From an uncultured Acidobacteriota bacterium (GTDB taxonomy: Bacteria > Acidobacteriota > Terriglobia > Terriglobales > Acidobacteriaceae), in NCBI GenBank assembly GCA_963844605.1, contig CAWJPE010000014.1, positions 132,707-196,706 of the forward strand: 64,000 nucleotides of DNA, given 5' to 3'. Both the position numbers and the translations under genes were made by a program. The notes beneath the pieces were generated by a model. It saw only the letters and a list, made by a program, of their open reading frames with translations, ran no database searches and was not told the DNA's origin. Shown here piece after piece: positions 26,958-35,132 of this stretch (position 1 is its first letter; each line of letters begins with the position of its first letter).

Positions 26958-28610
26958 CTACGCGCCGCCCTCTTGCTTCTTGTCGTCTTCTTCGCGAAAC
27001 TCACCCGGTTCGGCGATATCTTCGTCGACCTTCGTCTCCCGGAGCTTCTCGCTGACATCGTGTTCGCCGGGAGCGACAGAGTCAGCGCCCTCGGTATCGA
27101 GTTCTTCGCCTGTTTCGGTGATTTCGGCCAGCTGCTCCTCGGCGAGTTCATCGTCGATGACCCCGGTCCCGTCCTCGCTGGGCGGCTCTTCGCCATCCTG
27201 GGTCAGATCGAGCCGGAGCGCATCTTCTTCCTCAGCCAGACTGGCGTCGGAAGCGGCTTGTGCGGCTTCGGCAGCAGCTTCTTCGCTCGGATCAGTAGAA
27301 GCCGCAACCTCGACCGGCGCAGGACGCTCTTCGCCCGGCTCGTATTCGCCGAAGTAATGGCGCACCGCGACACTGATCTTCTCCAGCGTCTTCTCGCCGA
27401 TCCCGGGGATCTCCTCTAGTTGTTCGGGCGTCATATCGGCCAGTGCTTCTACCGTGGTGATGCCCGCAGCGACCAGCTTCTGGATGATCGACTCGCCCAG
27501 CTCACTGACCTGCTCGATGGCTGTCGCGGGGCTGCCGACTCCCTGCATCTGCTGCTCAACTTCCTGCCGCTTCTCCTCTTCGCTCTTGATGTCGATCTTC
27601 CACGCGAGAAGCTTGGCGGCCAGACGCACGTTCTGTCCCTTCTTGCCGATAGCCAGCGAAAGCTGTGTGTCGTCGACGATCACTTCCAGTTGCTTTTCGC
27701 TCAGGTCGGTGATGCTCACGCGGCTGACCTTCGCCGGCTGCAGAGCCTTCTCGGCGAAGGTGGTGATCTCTTCGCTGAACTCGATGATGTCGATCTTTTC
27801 GCCGCGCAGCTCGCGGATAATCGACTGCACGCGCATGCCCTTCATTCCAACGCAAGCGCCGACCGGATCGACGTCTTTATCGCGGGACATCACCGCAATC
27901 TTGGTGCGCTCACCCGCTTCGCGCGCGATGGCGCGAATGACGACGGTGCCATCGTAGATTTCGGGAACCTCGCTCTGGAAGAGGTTCTGCACCAGTTCCG
28001 GCGCTGCACGTGAGACGATCACCTGGGGTCCCTTGGCGGCGCGATCGACGCGCAGCAGTACCACTCGGACGCGCTCGCCCACGGCGAACTGCTCCAGTCG
28101 CGACTGTTCGCGGCGCGGCATGCGGGCTTCGGCTTTGCCCAGGTCGAAGATCACATCCTGGGGCTCAATCCGCTTCACGGTGGCATTCAGCACTTCGTTG
28201 GTGCGGTGGTTGTATTCGTTGAAGACCGTGTCGCGCTCAGCCTCGCGCACCTTCTGGAAGATGACCTGCTTGGCCATCTGCGCGGCGATGCGGCCAAGCA
28301 CGTCCGTCGGCTTGTAGTAGCGGATTTCGCCGCCTACTTCGACTTCAGGCGCGAGCTCGCGCGCTTCGTCCAGGCCGATCTGGTTCACCGGATCTTCGAT
28401 CAGCTCAGGTGTTTCGACCACCGTCTTGTAGACGTATGCGCGAATCTCGCCGGAGTCCTTGTCCAGCTCGGCGCGCATGTTTTCCTGCGTCTTGTAATAC
28501 TTGCGCGTGGCGAGGGCGATGGCGTCCTCGACGGCGGTGACCACGATGCCGGGATCGATGCCCTTATCGCGGCTTAAAGCTTCAATGCTCTGGTAAAGCA
28601 CACTTGCCAT
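26958..28610 (-). CDS. nusA: Transcription termination/antitermination factor NusA with a long acidic C-terminal tail
   Basis: N-terminal LYQSIEALSRDKGID, S1 and KH domains (GACVGMKGMRVQSIIRELRGEKIDII), HhH (EEIPGIGEKT). I chose the start at MASVLYQ (28610). Confidence 0.97.
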   Translation of the reverse strand: MASVLYQSIEALSRDKGIDPGIVVTAVEDAIALATRKYYKTQENMRAELDKDSGEIRAYVYKTVVETPELIEDPVNQIGLDEARELAPEVEVGGEIRYYKPTDVLGRIAAQMAKQVIFQKVREAERDTVFNEYNHRTNEVLNATVKRIEPQDVIFDLGKAEARMPRREQSRLEQFAVGERVRVVLLRVDRAAKGPQVIVSRAAPELVQNLFQSEVPEIYDGTVVIRAIAREAGERTKIAVMSRDKDVDPVGACVGMKGMRVQSIIRELRGEKIDIIEFSEEITTFAEKALQPAKVSRVSITDLSEKQLEVIVDDTQLSLAIGKKGQNVRLAAKLLAWKIDIKSEEEKRQEVEQQMQGVGSPATAIEQVSELGESIIQKLVAAGITTVEALADMTPEQLEEIPGIGEKTLEKISVAVRHYFGEYEPGEERPAPVEVAASTDPSEEAAAEAAQAASDASLAEEEDALRLDLTQDGEEPPSEDGTGVIDDELAEEQLAEITETGEELDTEGADSVAPGEHDVSEKLRETKVDEDIAEPGEFREEDDKKQEGGA

Positions 28611-28707
28611 AGTTCTCTCTCGATTGCATTTCGGCGGCACTGTAAGACGCAGCCGAGGGTTCGGGTCCGCGCCGAGATATTATCCGGGCGCAGACGGGGA
28701 ACTAGCC

Positions 28708-29289
28708 TTAGATTTCGGGAATCAGGTTAGCCTTCTCAACGTTGGAGACTTCGATTTCGGTTGTTTCCTGATTCACTTTCTTGCTTTTGCCCTTCTGTTT
28801 CAGGGCGCTGAGGTCAAGGGTGATGGCGCGATCGCTCACCTGTGTGAGCCTGCCTTGCCAATGGCGGTTGCCCGCTACCGGCTCAAATGTCTGGAGTTTG
28901 ACCAGGCTTCCGGAAAAGCGTTGGAAGTCAGAGACGCCGTGCAGTTTGCGGTCCAGTCCCGGCGATGAAACCTCGAGCGTGTAGTTGTCGCCCGGAACGA
29001 GTTCCTCGACGTCAAGGAGGGTCCCGAAATCCCGACTGAAGGCCTGGCAATCTTCGTGCGTCACGCCGGAGAGATGCTCGCGGTGAATCGGGTGAGAGTG
29101 GTCCTCGGCGCTAGCAGCCGCTTCCGCCGGAATCGCCAGCCGTGCGCGCTCTTCGGCGTTCTTCTCGATAAAGACTCGCAAGGTCCGGTCTTTCGCAGCG
29201 CCCACATACTCCACCTCAACCACGTCAAGGCCATGCGAGGCGGCGACGCGCTGCGCGGTGGTACGAATTTGGTCGAGACTCAGGGCCAT
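28708..29289 (-). CDS. rimP: Ribosome maturation factor RimP
   Basis: HGLDVVEVEYVGAAKDRTLRVFI...YTLEVSSPGLDRKL matches the RimP pattern and sits directly upstream of nusA. I chose the start at MALSLDQ (29289). Confidence 0.9.
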   Translation of the reverse strand: MALSLDQIRTTAQRVAASHGLDVVEVEYVGAAKDRTLRVFIEKNAEERARLAIPAEAAASAEDHSHPIHREHLSGVTHEDCQAFSRDFGTLLDVEELVPGDNYTLEVSSPGLDRKLHGVSDFQRFSGSLVKLQTFEPVAGNRHWQGRLTQVSDRAITLDLSALKQKGKSKKVNQETTEIEVSNVEKANLIPEI

Positions 29290-29329
29290 AGCCGGTTTTG
29301 CGGACGAATTTGCAACACTCTTTCTGCGC

Positions 29330-29356
29330 AAATAAAAAGTGGGCCATAAGCCCACT
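29330..29356 (-). terminator. Intrinsic terminator-like hairpin in the rimP-nusA-infB leader (candidate attenuator)
   Basis: Minus strand reads AGTGGGC-ttatg-GCCCACT followed by TTTTTATTT: a 7-bp GC-rich stem, a 5-nt loop and a T tract. It ends about 40-50 nt upstream of the rimP ATG. Confidence 0.5.
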
Positions 29357-29747
29357 CATCTCTCCGTGCCTGCCGGAAGTACACGGTCCAGGCGCGGACA
29401 AACTCGTCTGCTTCATTAGAATACGCCGATTCGGGAAGGAGTTCAATCGGGGCGATCTCGTTGCCCTGACTTTCCGAATCCGCTTGGTAGTGGGTCAGAT
29501 TGAATCCACACGGCTGAGATGGAACTCTCAAACTTGCATTCCGTCTGTCAGGATCGATGGGCAGTTGTCCGATTAGCTAACTACACAGACAAGTGGATTA
29601 CCTCGGGAGGGCAACAATCCGCCCGCGACCGTATCGTCGGCGTGCAGACCGCTTCTTGGCAGGTAGTATTTAGCGATTTCTGGGACTGGTCGACTAATTG
29701 TTTGAACAGGCGCAGCTTGTATCCTCATAATGATCTTGAGGTTATCT

Positions 29748-30536
29748 ATGGAACACTCTTTGTCCGCCCGCGATTTGATAGAGCGCGCGTTTGCTCTAGC
29801 CAGGCAATCCGGCAAACCTGAATGGTGGGTGATGGCAATTCCCGTCCTGAAGAACCGGTTGCTGCAGATTACCGCGCAGGCGTTCAAAGAATCCGATTTC
29901 GGCGCGTTAACCTTCCGCGAGTTCCTACAGAACAACGCTAACGTGTTGGAAATCGACAACAGCTTTCTGCCTGGTGCAGTTACCCTAAAGTCGGCTCAGA
30001 GCATACCCAGAGTTCCGAGCACAAGCACACCTCAACGAAACCGCGTTCGCGAGGATCTCTGGCGAGCCATTTTGGATTACTCGAGTGGCAATAAATATGT
30101 TTGGGATACCGAATCCTCCGCTGCGATCATTGCACCCGAAGGGACTGAGAGCCCGTTCTTGCCTACGATCTCACCTGAGACGATGACGGAATGGAAGACG
30201 GCGTTCCTCGCAGGCCTGCCTGACACTCCTGACGATGGTCGTCTCAAGGCTTGGCAGACACAGAGCCTTCCCACAGACGCCTTGCCTCCAGCGTTGCGCG
30301 TGCAGTGGAATCGGTTCCTAAAGCACAAAGTTCAGTCAACGCTAAGAGAGTGGTTCGACAGCCATCAGATCCCACAACCCCCTATCGTCCACCCGGCGAT
30401 CCCAGCTGAGAAGCGAGATGACACCGAGTTGTTCCGTGAATTCGTAATCAAGTGCATCGCGCAAATGTCAAAAGAGGAACTCGAAAAACTCTCGATTCCA
30501 TCGAGCGTAGCCTTTCGCGTAAATTCGTGCCGCTGA
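29748..30536 (+). CDS. Hypothetical protein with an OST-HTH/LOTUS-like N-terminal domain (islet gene A)
   Basis: GAGG lies 6 nt before the ATG at 29748. GKPEWWVMAIPVLKNRLLQITAQAFKESDFGALTFREFLQNNANVLEID fits the OST-HTH pattern. I cannot assign the remaining ~190 aa. Confidence 0.7.
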   Translation: MEHSLSARDLIERAFALARQSGKPEWWVMAIPVLKNRLLQITAQAFKESDFGALTFREFLQNNANVLEIDNSFLPGAVTLKSAQSIPRVPSTSTPQRNRVREDLWRAILDYSSGNKYVWDTESSAAIIAPEGTESPFLPTISPETMTEWKTAFLAGLPDTPDDGRLKAWQTQSLPTDALPPALRVQWNRFLKHKVQSTLREWFDSHQIPQPPIVHPAIPAEKRDDTELFREFVIKCIAQMSKEELEKLSIPSSVAFRVNSCR

Positions 30537-30553
30537 GAAGGAAACTCATTCCG

Positions 30554-31303
30554 TTGCCGGATGTTTATTTTTTTACTTCTCAGCGCGATTTGAATTCCAC
30601 CAAGCATCTTCGCGATAGCTATCAACGTGCCTGTGCGCAAAAAGGATGGAACTTCCAGTCGAGAGTTCTGACCCCAATGAAAACGCCAGCGGGGCGACCT
30701 ATCCTTCCCATCACCATCTCAGACGCAAAGGGACTCTATCCAAGAACTCACCGCGCCCGCGTGGCGACTTTGGTTTTCGGGACAGACCCAGCCGTTCCGC
30801 TTCGCCCGGACCTGATGGAATCAATCCGATTTCAGCGAACCGTTCCGTTGCGCCAATACCTCGACTACAAATCTTGCTGGGTTCGCGTGCCAAACGATCC
30901 AGCGAACCTCACTTGGGTTGGAGTCTTCGAAGGGTGGTGCGCGACTATCGATTGCGAAGACGAGCACGACCCTCGCTCTCTACCCTTCCATGTGTTCACG
31001 GGCGACGGCGCTCATCTTCACTTCGTAGAACGTCGTCAGGCGTTCAATGAACGATACGGAGCAGGTGCGAGTCGGACGGATGATTCCTCGCTGTTTTGGG
31101 AATTGGAGCCGCATAACTTTCACGGAACCGAGGCTCTGACTATCGCCGGCTACACTTGCCGTCCCGGTTTCCATTGGGACGTTTCTGGCAATCAATGGAG
31201 GCTGGCTACGCCTGTGGGAGTATGGGAGGGCAAGGGGCATGTGAACGTCTACCCTGACGCACATATCCGGTCGAAAGGCACCAATGTTCGGAAGATTTCG
31301 TGA
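30554..31303 (+). CDS. Hypothetical protein with His-rich motifs, no recognisable family (islet gene B)
   Basis: The frame is open from 30452 to 31303. Candidate starts are ATG 30452 (85-nt overlap with gene A), TTG 30554 (AAGGA about 11 nt upstream) and ATG 30677. Motifs: FHVFTGDGAHLHF, GFHWDV, GHVNVYPDAHIR. Confidence 0.65.
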   Translation: MPDVYFFTSQRDLNSTKHLRDSYQRACAQKGWNFQSRVLTPMKTPAGRPILPITISDAKGLYPRTHRARVATLVFGTDPAVPLRPDLMESIRFQRTVPLRQYLDYKSCWVRVPNDPANLTWVGVFEGWCATIDCEDEHDPRSLPFHVFTGDGAHLHFVERRQAFNERYGAGASRTDDSSLFWELEPHNFHGTEALTIAGYTCRPGFHWDVSGNQWRLATPVGVWEGKGHVNVYPDAHIRSKGTNVRKIS

Positions 31304-31312
31304 TAAGAAAGG

Positions 31313-31346
31313 AAAAACCCCCAGCACAACTTCGTGTGGGGGTTTT
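31313..31346 (+). terminator. Rho-independent terminator closing the two-gene islet
   Basis: CCCCCA(g)CAC-aacttc-GTGTGGGGG gives a 9-bp stem with one bulge. It is followed by TTTT and preceded by AAAAA, and starts about 15 nt after the gene B stop. Confidence 0.75.
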
Positions 31347-31712
31347 CAGAAACCGGTGCGAGCCCACCTATGCTATCGGGCGGTACGGCCGAGGGACCTG
31401 TTCGGGCGATGGAGAATGGCATCATTCTCAGGCTCGCAAGAGCGCGACACAGGCACACAAGGCTACTTCATCCCGGAGCTGAACTCCTCGGTAGCTACCC
31501 GAGGATGTTCCATGCAGGACTACTAAGCCCTGCATCCCCTTTAGAATATCTAAAAGCGCAGACTTTCGCAATGGATAAAAGACTCGAGTAGTGGTCAGTT
31601 GGACCCACTACCCGAAAACTCGCAATTGCCCCATAATTGACACCCCCGCCGAACCCGCAATAGCATTGGCCAGCCCCACCATTATGTTCCACGCAGCGGG
31701 ACAACCTCAGGC

Positions 31713-33347
31713 ATGACATGGTCGCAATCGTATCTCCTGTTTGGTAGGGGTCTGGGCTTTTCCGCTCTCATTGCTGCGGCTCCCATCTTTACCCTGTTGA
31801 TCCTGCTCGGCGTCCTTCGCAAGCCGGCGTGGCTTGCCGGACTTTCCGGGCTCGCCGTCACCTTTGTCCTTGCCATTGGGGCGTATCACATGCCCGCTGT
31901 AACGGCGGTGAGTGCGGCCCTTCATGGAGCTGCCTTCGGGCTCTTTCCCATCTCGTGGATCGTCTTCTGGGCGATCGTGCTCTTTCGTGTGACCGAGGTG
32001 ACCGGCAAGTTCGAAATCATCAAGCACTCCGTCGGGAGATTGACGCCGGACCATCGCCTGCAGGCCCTCCTGATTGCATTCGCATTCGGAGCTTTCCTTG
32101 AAGGCGCAGCGGGTTTCGGCACTCCCGTCGCTGTCGCTGCGACGATGCTAACGGGACTGGGCTTCACCGCATTCAGTGCGGCGGCCATCTGCCTCCTCGC
32201 AAACACCGCACCGGTTGCGTTCGGCTCTATTGCGATTCCGCTTGTAACCATGACAGGAACAACGGGCTTGCCCCTGGACAGGCTAAGCGCTGCAGTGGGC
32301 AGTCTCTGCGCTCCCGTTTCTCTCATTCTTCCTACATATCTGATCCTCGCCATGTGGGGTCTGAGGGGTCTGAACGGGATATGGTTTCCGGCGGCGGTTG
32401 CAGGACTGGCCTTCGCCTCGGTGCAGTTTGTTGTTTCGAATTTCATTGGCCCGCAGCTTACTGACATTCTGGCCTCGATCACAGCCGTCATTGCCTTGGT
32501 TGCTGTGCTGCGCTTTTGGCGTCCGGCAAAGCAAGCCAGCGAACACGTGCAGGAAACTCGTGCGGGTGCCAGTGCGGTTCCTGAGTACAGCACTGGGGAA
32601 GTACTATTTGCGTGGCTGCCGTACGGATTGCTCGTGGTATGCGTTTTGCTATGGGGTTATAAACCCATTCACGCGTTGTTGGACTCCGCCAGCATACCCA
32701 TTCGATGGCCATTTCTGCACAACGTAGTCCGGCGTGTACCCCCAATTGTTGCCCGGACCGCTCCCTATCCCGCGATCTTCAACCTGAATTGGTTCGCGGC
32801 TGCGGGCACCTCCTGCATGATCGCCACCTTTCTGTCTGCAATTTGCCTGAGGATGAGCCTGCGGCAGTTCTTTCGGGTATTACTTTCCGTGGCGCGCACG
32901 CTCATGCTGCCAACCGTAACCGTCGCCTCCGTACTCGCTATTGCTTTTCTGATGAACTACTGCGGAGCGACCGCCACTCTGGGACTGACTTTCTCCGCCA
33001 CCGGCGTAATGTTTCCTTTCTTCAGCGCTTTTCTCGGCTGGCTCGGAGTGTTCCTGACGGGTTCGGATACGTCTTCGAACGCACTCTTCGGCGGCCTGCA
33101 GATCATCACAGCCAACCGGCTGGGCCTGGATCCGGTGCTCATGGCTGCGACCAACTCCGCCGGCGGCGTTATGGGCAAGATGATCAGTTTGCAGACGATC
33201 GCAGTCGCTGCGGCCGCGACAGGCATGTCGGCCGCTGACCAGTCAAAGCTCTTTCGCTTCACACTCAAGCACAGTGTTCTGCTGGCGAGCGTCATCGGCG
33301 GCCTCGCGTTGCTCTATGTGTATGGGTTTCATTTCCGCTGGAGCTAA
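31713..33347 (+). CDS. lctP: L-lactate permease (LctP family)
   Basis: 544 aa, polytopic. FGLFPISWIVFWAIVLF, AFAFGAFLEGAAGFGTPVAV and FLTGSDTSSNALFG are LctP-family signatures. Confidence 0.9.
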   Translation: MTWSQSYLLFGRGLGFSALIAAAPIFTLLILLGVLRKPAWLAGLSGLAVTFVLAIGAYHMPAVTAVSAALHGAAFGLFPISWIVFWAIVLFRVTEVTGKFEIIKHSVGRLTPDHRLQALLIAFAFGAFLEGAAGFGTPVAVAATMLTGLGFTAFSAAAICLLANTAPVAFGSIAIPLVTMTGTTGLPLDRLSAAVGSLCAPVSLILPTYLILAMWGLRGLNGIWFPAAVAGLAFASVQFVVSNFIGPQLTDILASITAVIALVAVLRFWRPAKQASEHVQETRAGASAVPEYSTGEVLFAWLPYGLLVVCVLLWGYKPIHALLDSASIPIRWPFLHNVVRRVPPIVARTAPYPAIFNLNWFAAAGTSCMIATFLSAICLRMSLRQFFRVLLSVARTLMLPTVTVASVLAIAFLMNYCGATATLGLTFSATGVMFPFFSAFLGWLGVFLTGSDTSSNALFGGLQIITANRLGLDPVLMAATNSAGGVMGKMISLQTIAVAAAATGMSAADQSKLFRFTLKHSVLLASVIGGLALLYVYGFHFRWS

Positions 33348-33389
33348 GGAGTTTGCGCGAGACCGTCAATCCAGAGTAAACACAGAGCG

Positions 33390-34055
33390 TTGGAGGCTTT
33401 GCCCTTGGAGGGTGGAAGAGTGTCGAAAAACGGACTCCGGCGGGATGGACACGAGACCTATGGCCTATCGCGGCAGAATTTTCGCACGTTGTGCGCGCTG
33501 AAGACGCCGGCGCAAATCCAGCGGTTTGTTGACTCGCTGCCGTACCAGTACGGGAACACGGCATGGTCTCCGCAGCGCGCGCTGCGTGAGCGCAAAGGAC
33601 ATTGCCTGGAAGGAGCACTGCTCGGGGCCGCCGCTCTACGCGCCAACGGCCTTCCGCCGCTGCTGATGGATCTGGAGGCCGTGCACGACGACGATCATGT
33701 GGTGGCCATCTATCGCCAAGACGGCCTGTGGGGCAGCATTGCCAAGTCAAACTTCGCAGGTTTACGCTTCCGCGCGCCCATCTACCGCAATCTGCGCGAG
33801 TTGGCGCTCAGCTACTTTGAGCACTACTACAACCTGCGCGGTGAGCGGACTCTGCGCGCTTACTCCAGGCCCGTGAATCTGGAGCGTTTGGACGGTCTCC
33901 ACTGGATGACCTCCGAGGAAGATGTTTGGTGCGTCGCAGAGTACCTCATCGCGGCGAGGCATTACCCGCTCTTTCCCGACAAGGTGGCGCGCTCTCTCCC
34001 CCGGCTCGACCGCCGCAGCTTCGAAGCAGGGATGCACGGCTGGGTCAAGCACTGA
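33390..34055 (+). CDS. Transglutaminase-like / papain-fold putative cysteine peptidase (hypothetical)
   Basis: Candidate Cys-His-Asp arrangement: RKGHCLEGALLGAAALR ... HDDDHVVAIY. The start is non-ATG (TTG 33390 or GTG 33420). Confidence 0.5.
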   Translation: MEALPLEGGRVSKNGLRRDGHETYGLSRQNFRTLCALKTPAQIQRFVDSLPYQYGNTAWSPQRALRERKGHCLEGALLGAAALRANGLPPLLMDLEAVHDDDHVVAIYRQDGLWGSIAKSNFAGLRFRAPIYRNLRELALSYFEHYYNLRGERTLRAYSRPVNLERLDGLHWMTSEEDVWCVAEYLIAARHYPLFPDKVARSLPRLDRRSFEAGMHGWVKH

Positions 34056-34085
34056 AGAGATTCGCAAGCAACAGGGAAGCGATCT

Positions 34086-34520
34086 CTAGTCCGGAAGCAG
34101 AATCCTTCCATCCTCCGCGATCTCGAAGTAGGGATTCCAGGCGACCTCCCACGCAAAGCCGTCCGGATCGGCAAAGTATCCGGAGTACCCGCCCCAGGAT
34201 GCATTCTTCGCGCGCTTCAGCACTTTCGCTCCTGCTGCCTCGGCCTCCGCAAGCACCGAGTCAACTTCTTTGCGGCTCCGCGTGTTGTACGCGAGAGAGA
34301 ATCCTTTGAATCCGCGGCCATCGTCAGCAAGGTTTGCATCTTCTGCAAGCGCGTGTCGCGGATACAGGGCGAGGATTGCGCCTCCTGCCTGGAAGAAGAC
34401 GATGCCGTCGGATTTCATCGCGCTTCGCTGCCAGCCAAGGCGCTCGTAGAAGCCCTTGCTGCGCTCCAGATCCTCCACACCCAACGTGATGATGCTCAGG
34501 CGTTGCTCCACCTCAGACAC
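34086..34520 (-). CDS. VOC-family (glyoxalase/bleomycin-resistance fold) protein
   Basis: LSIITLGVEDLERSKGFYERLGW ... GYFADPDGFAWEVAWNP. Confidence 0.8.
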   Translation of the reverse strand: MSEVEQRLSIITLGVEDLERSKGFYERLGWQRSAMKSDGIVFFQAGGAILALYPRHALAEDANLADDGRGFKGFSLAYNTRSRKEVDSVLAEAEAAGAKVLKRAKNASWGGYSGYFADPDGFAWEVAWNPYFEIAEDGRILLPD

Positions 34521-34613
34521 CTCCTCAGAACAGGATAGACATTGACCGTACTTGCGGCTTCTTCAAGTAAACCTCCAGCTTCTGTGGGATACTTGGCCAA
34601 AGAGTGTCCCCCA

Positions 34614-35132
34614 ATGAGCAAAGAGAATCCTTACGCAGACTATCTTGGCGACCAGGAGCCACTGAAAGTGCTCTCCCTGACCGCGCGAAAAATTGAGGCC
34701 ATCCTCGAAGACCTTGGTTCGGTGCGTGTGAACCAGGCTCCGGCGCCGGGCAAGTGGAGCGCGCGGGAAATCGTATCTCATCTGGCCGATTGCGAGTTGG
34801 TCTTCGCCTTTCGCCTGCGGCAGACGCTGAGCGAGGACCACCATGTCATCCAACCTTTCGATCAGGACAAATGGGCCGCAAAATATGCTGGCTATGACGC
34901 GCGAGAAGCGCTCTCAGCATTTCATTCCGTGCGGAACTGGAACCTGGCCTTCATCCGCTCGCTCGCTCCCGAAGAGCACACGAAGTCTGTCACACATCCG
35001 GAGCGCGGCACGATGACCTTCCAGAACATCGTCGAGACCATGGCCGGGCACGACGTCAATCATCTGCGTCAGCTCGAAGGCATGGTGAAGAAGTTTGCGC
35101 CGGAGCAGTCGGCGCTTGCCGCCACCGATTAG
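34614..35132 (+). CDS. DinB-family protein
   Basis: WSAREIVSHLADCELVFAFRL ... MAGHDVNHLRQL gives the His triad. I chose the ATG at 34614 (MSKENPYADYLG). Confidence 0.8.
   Translation: MSKENPYADYLGDQEPLKVLSLTARKIEAILEDLGSVRVNQAPAPGKWSAREIVSHLADCELVFAFRLRQTLSEDHHVIQPFDQDKWAAKYAGYDAREALSAFHSVRNWNLAFIRSLAPEEHTKSVTHPERGTMTFQNIVETMAGHDVNHLRQLEGMVKKFAPEQSALAATD

Noticed and set aside
29360-29600. Possible tRNA (metY-like) or small ORFs upstream of rimP
   Set aside because: I found no D-arm or T-arm (GGTTCGAATCC-like) consensus on either strand. The 73-92-aa ORFs here run through the terminator hairpin or into rimP and have implausible composition. A tRNAscan-SE/Infernal run is still advisable.
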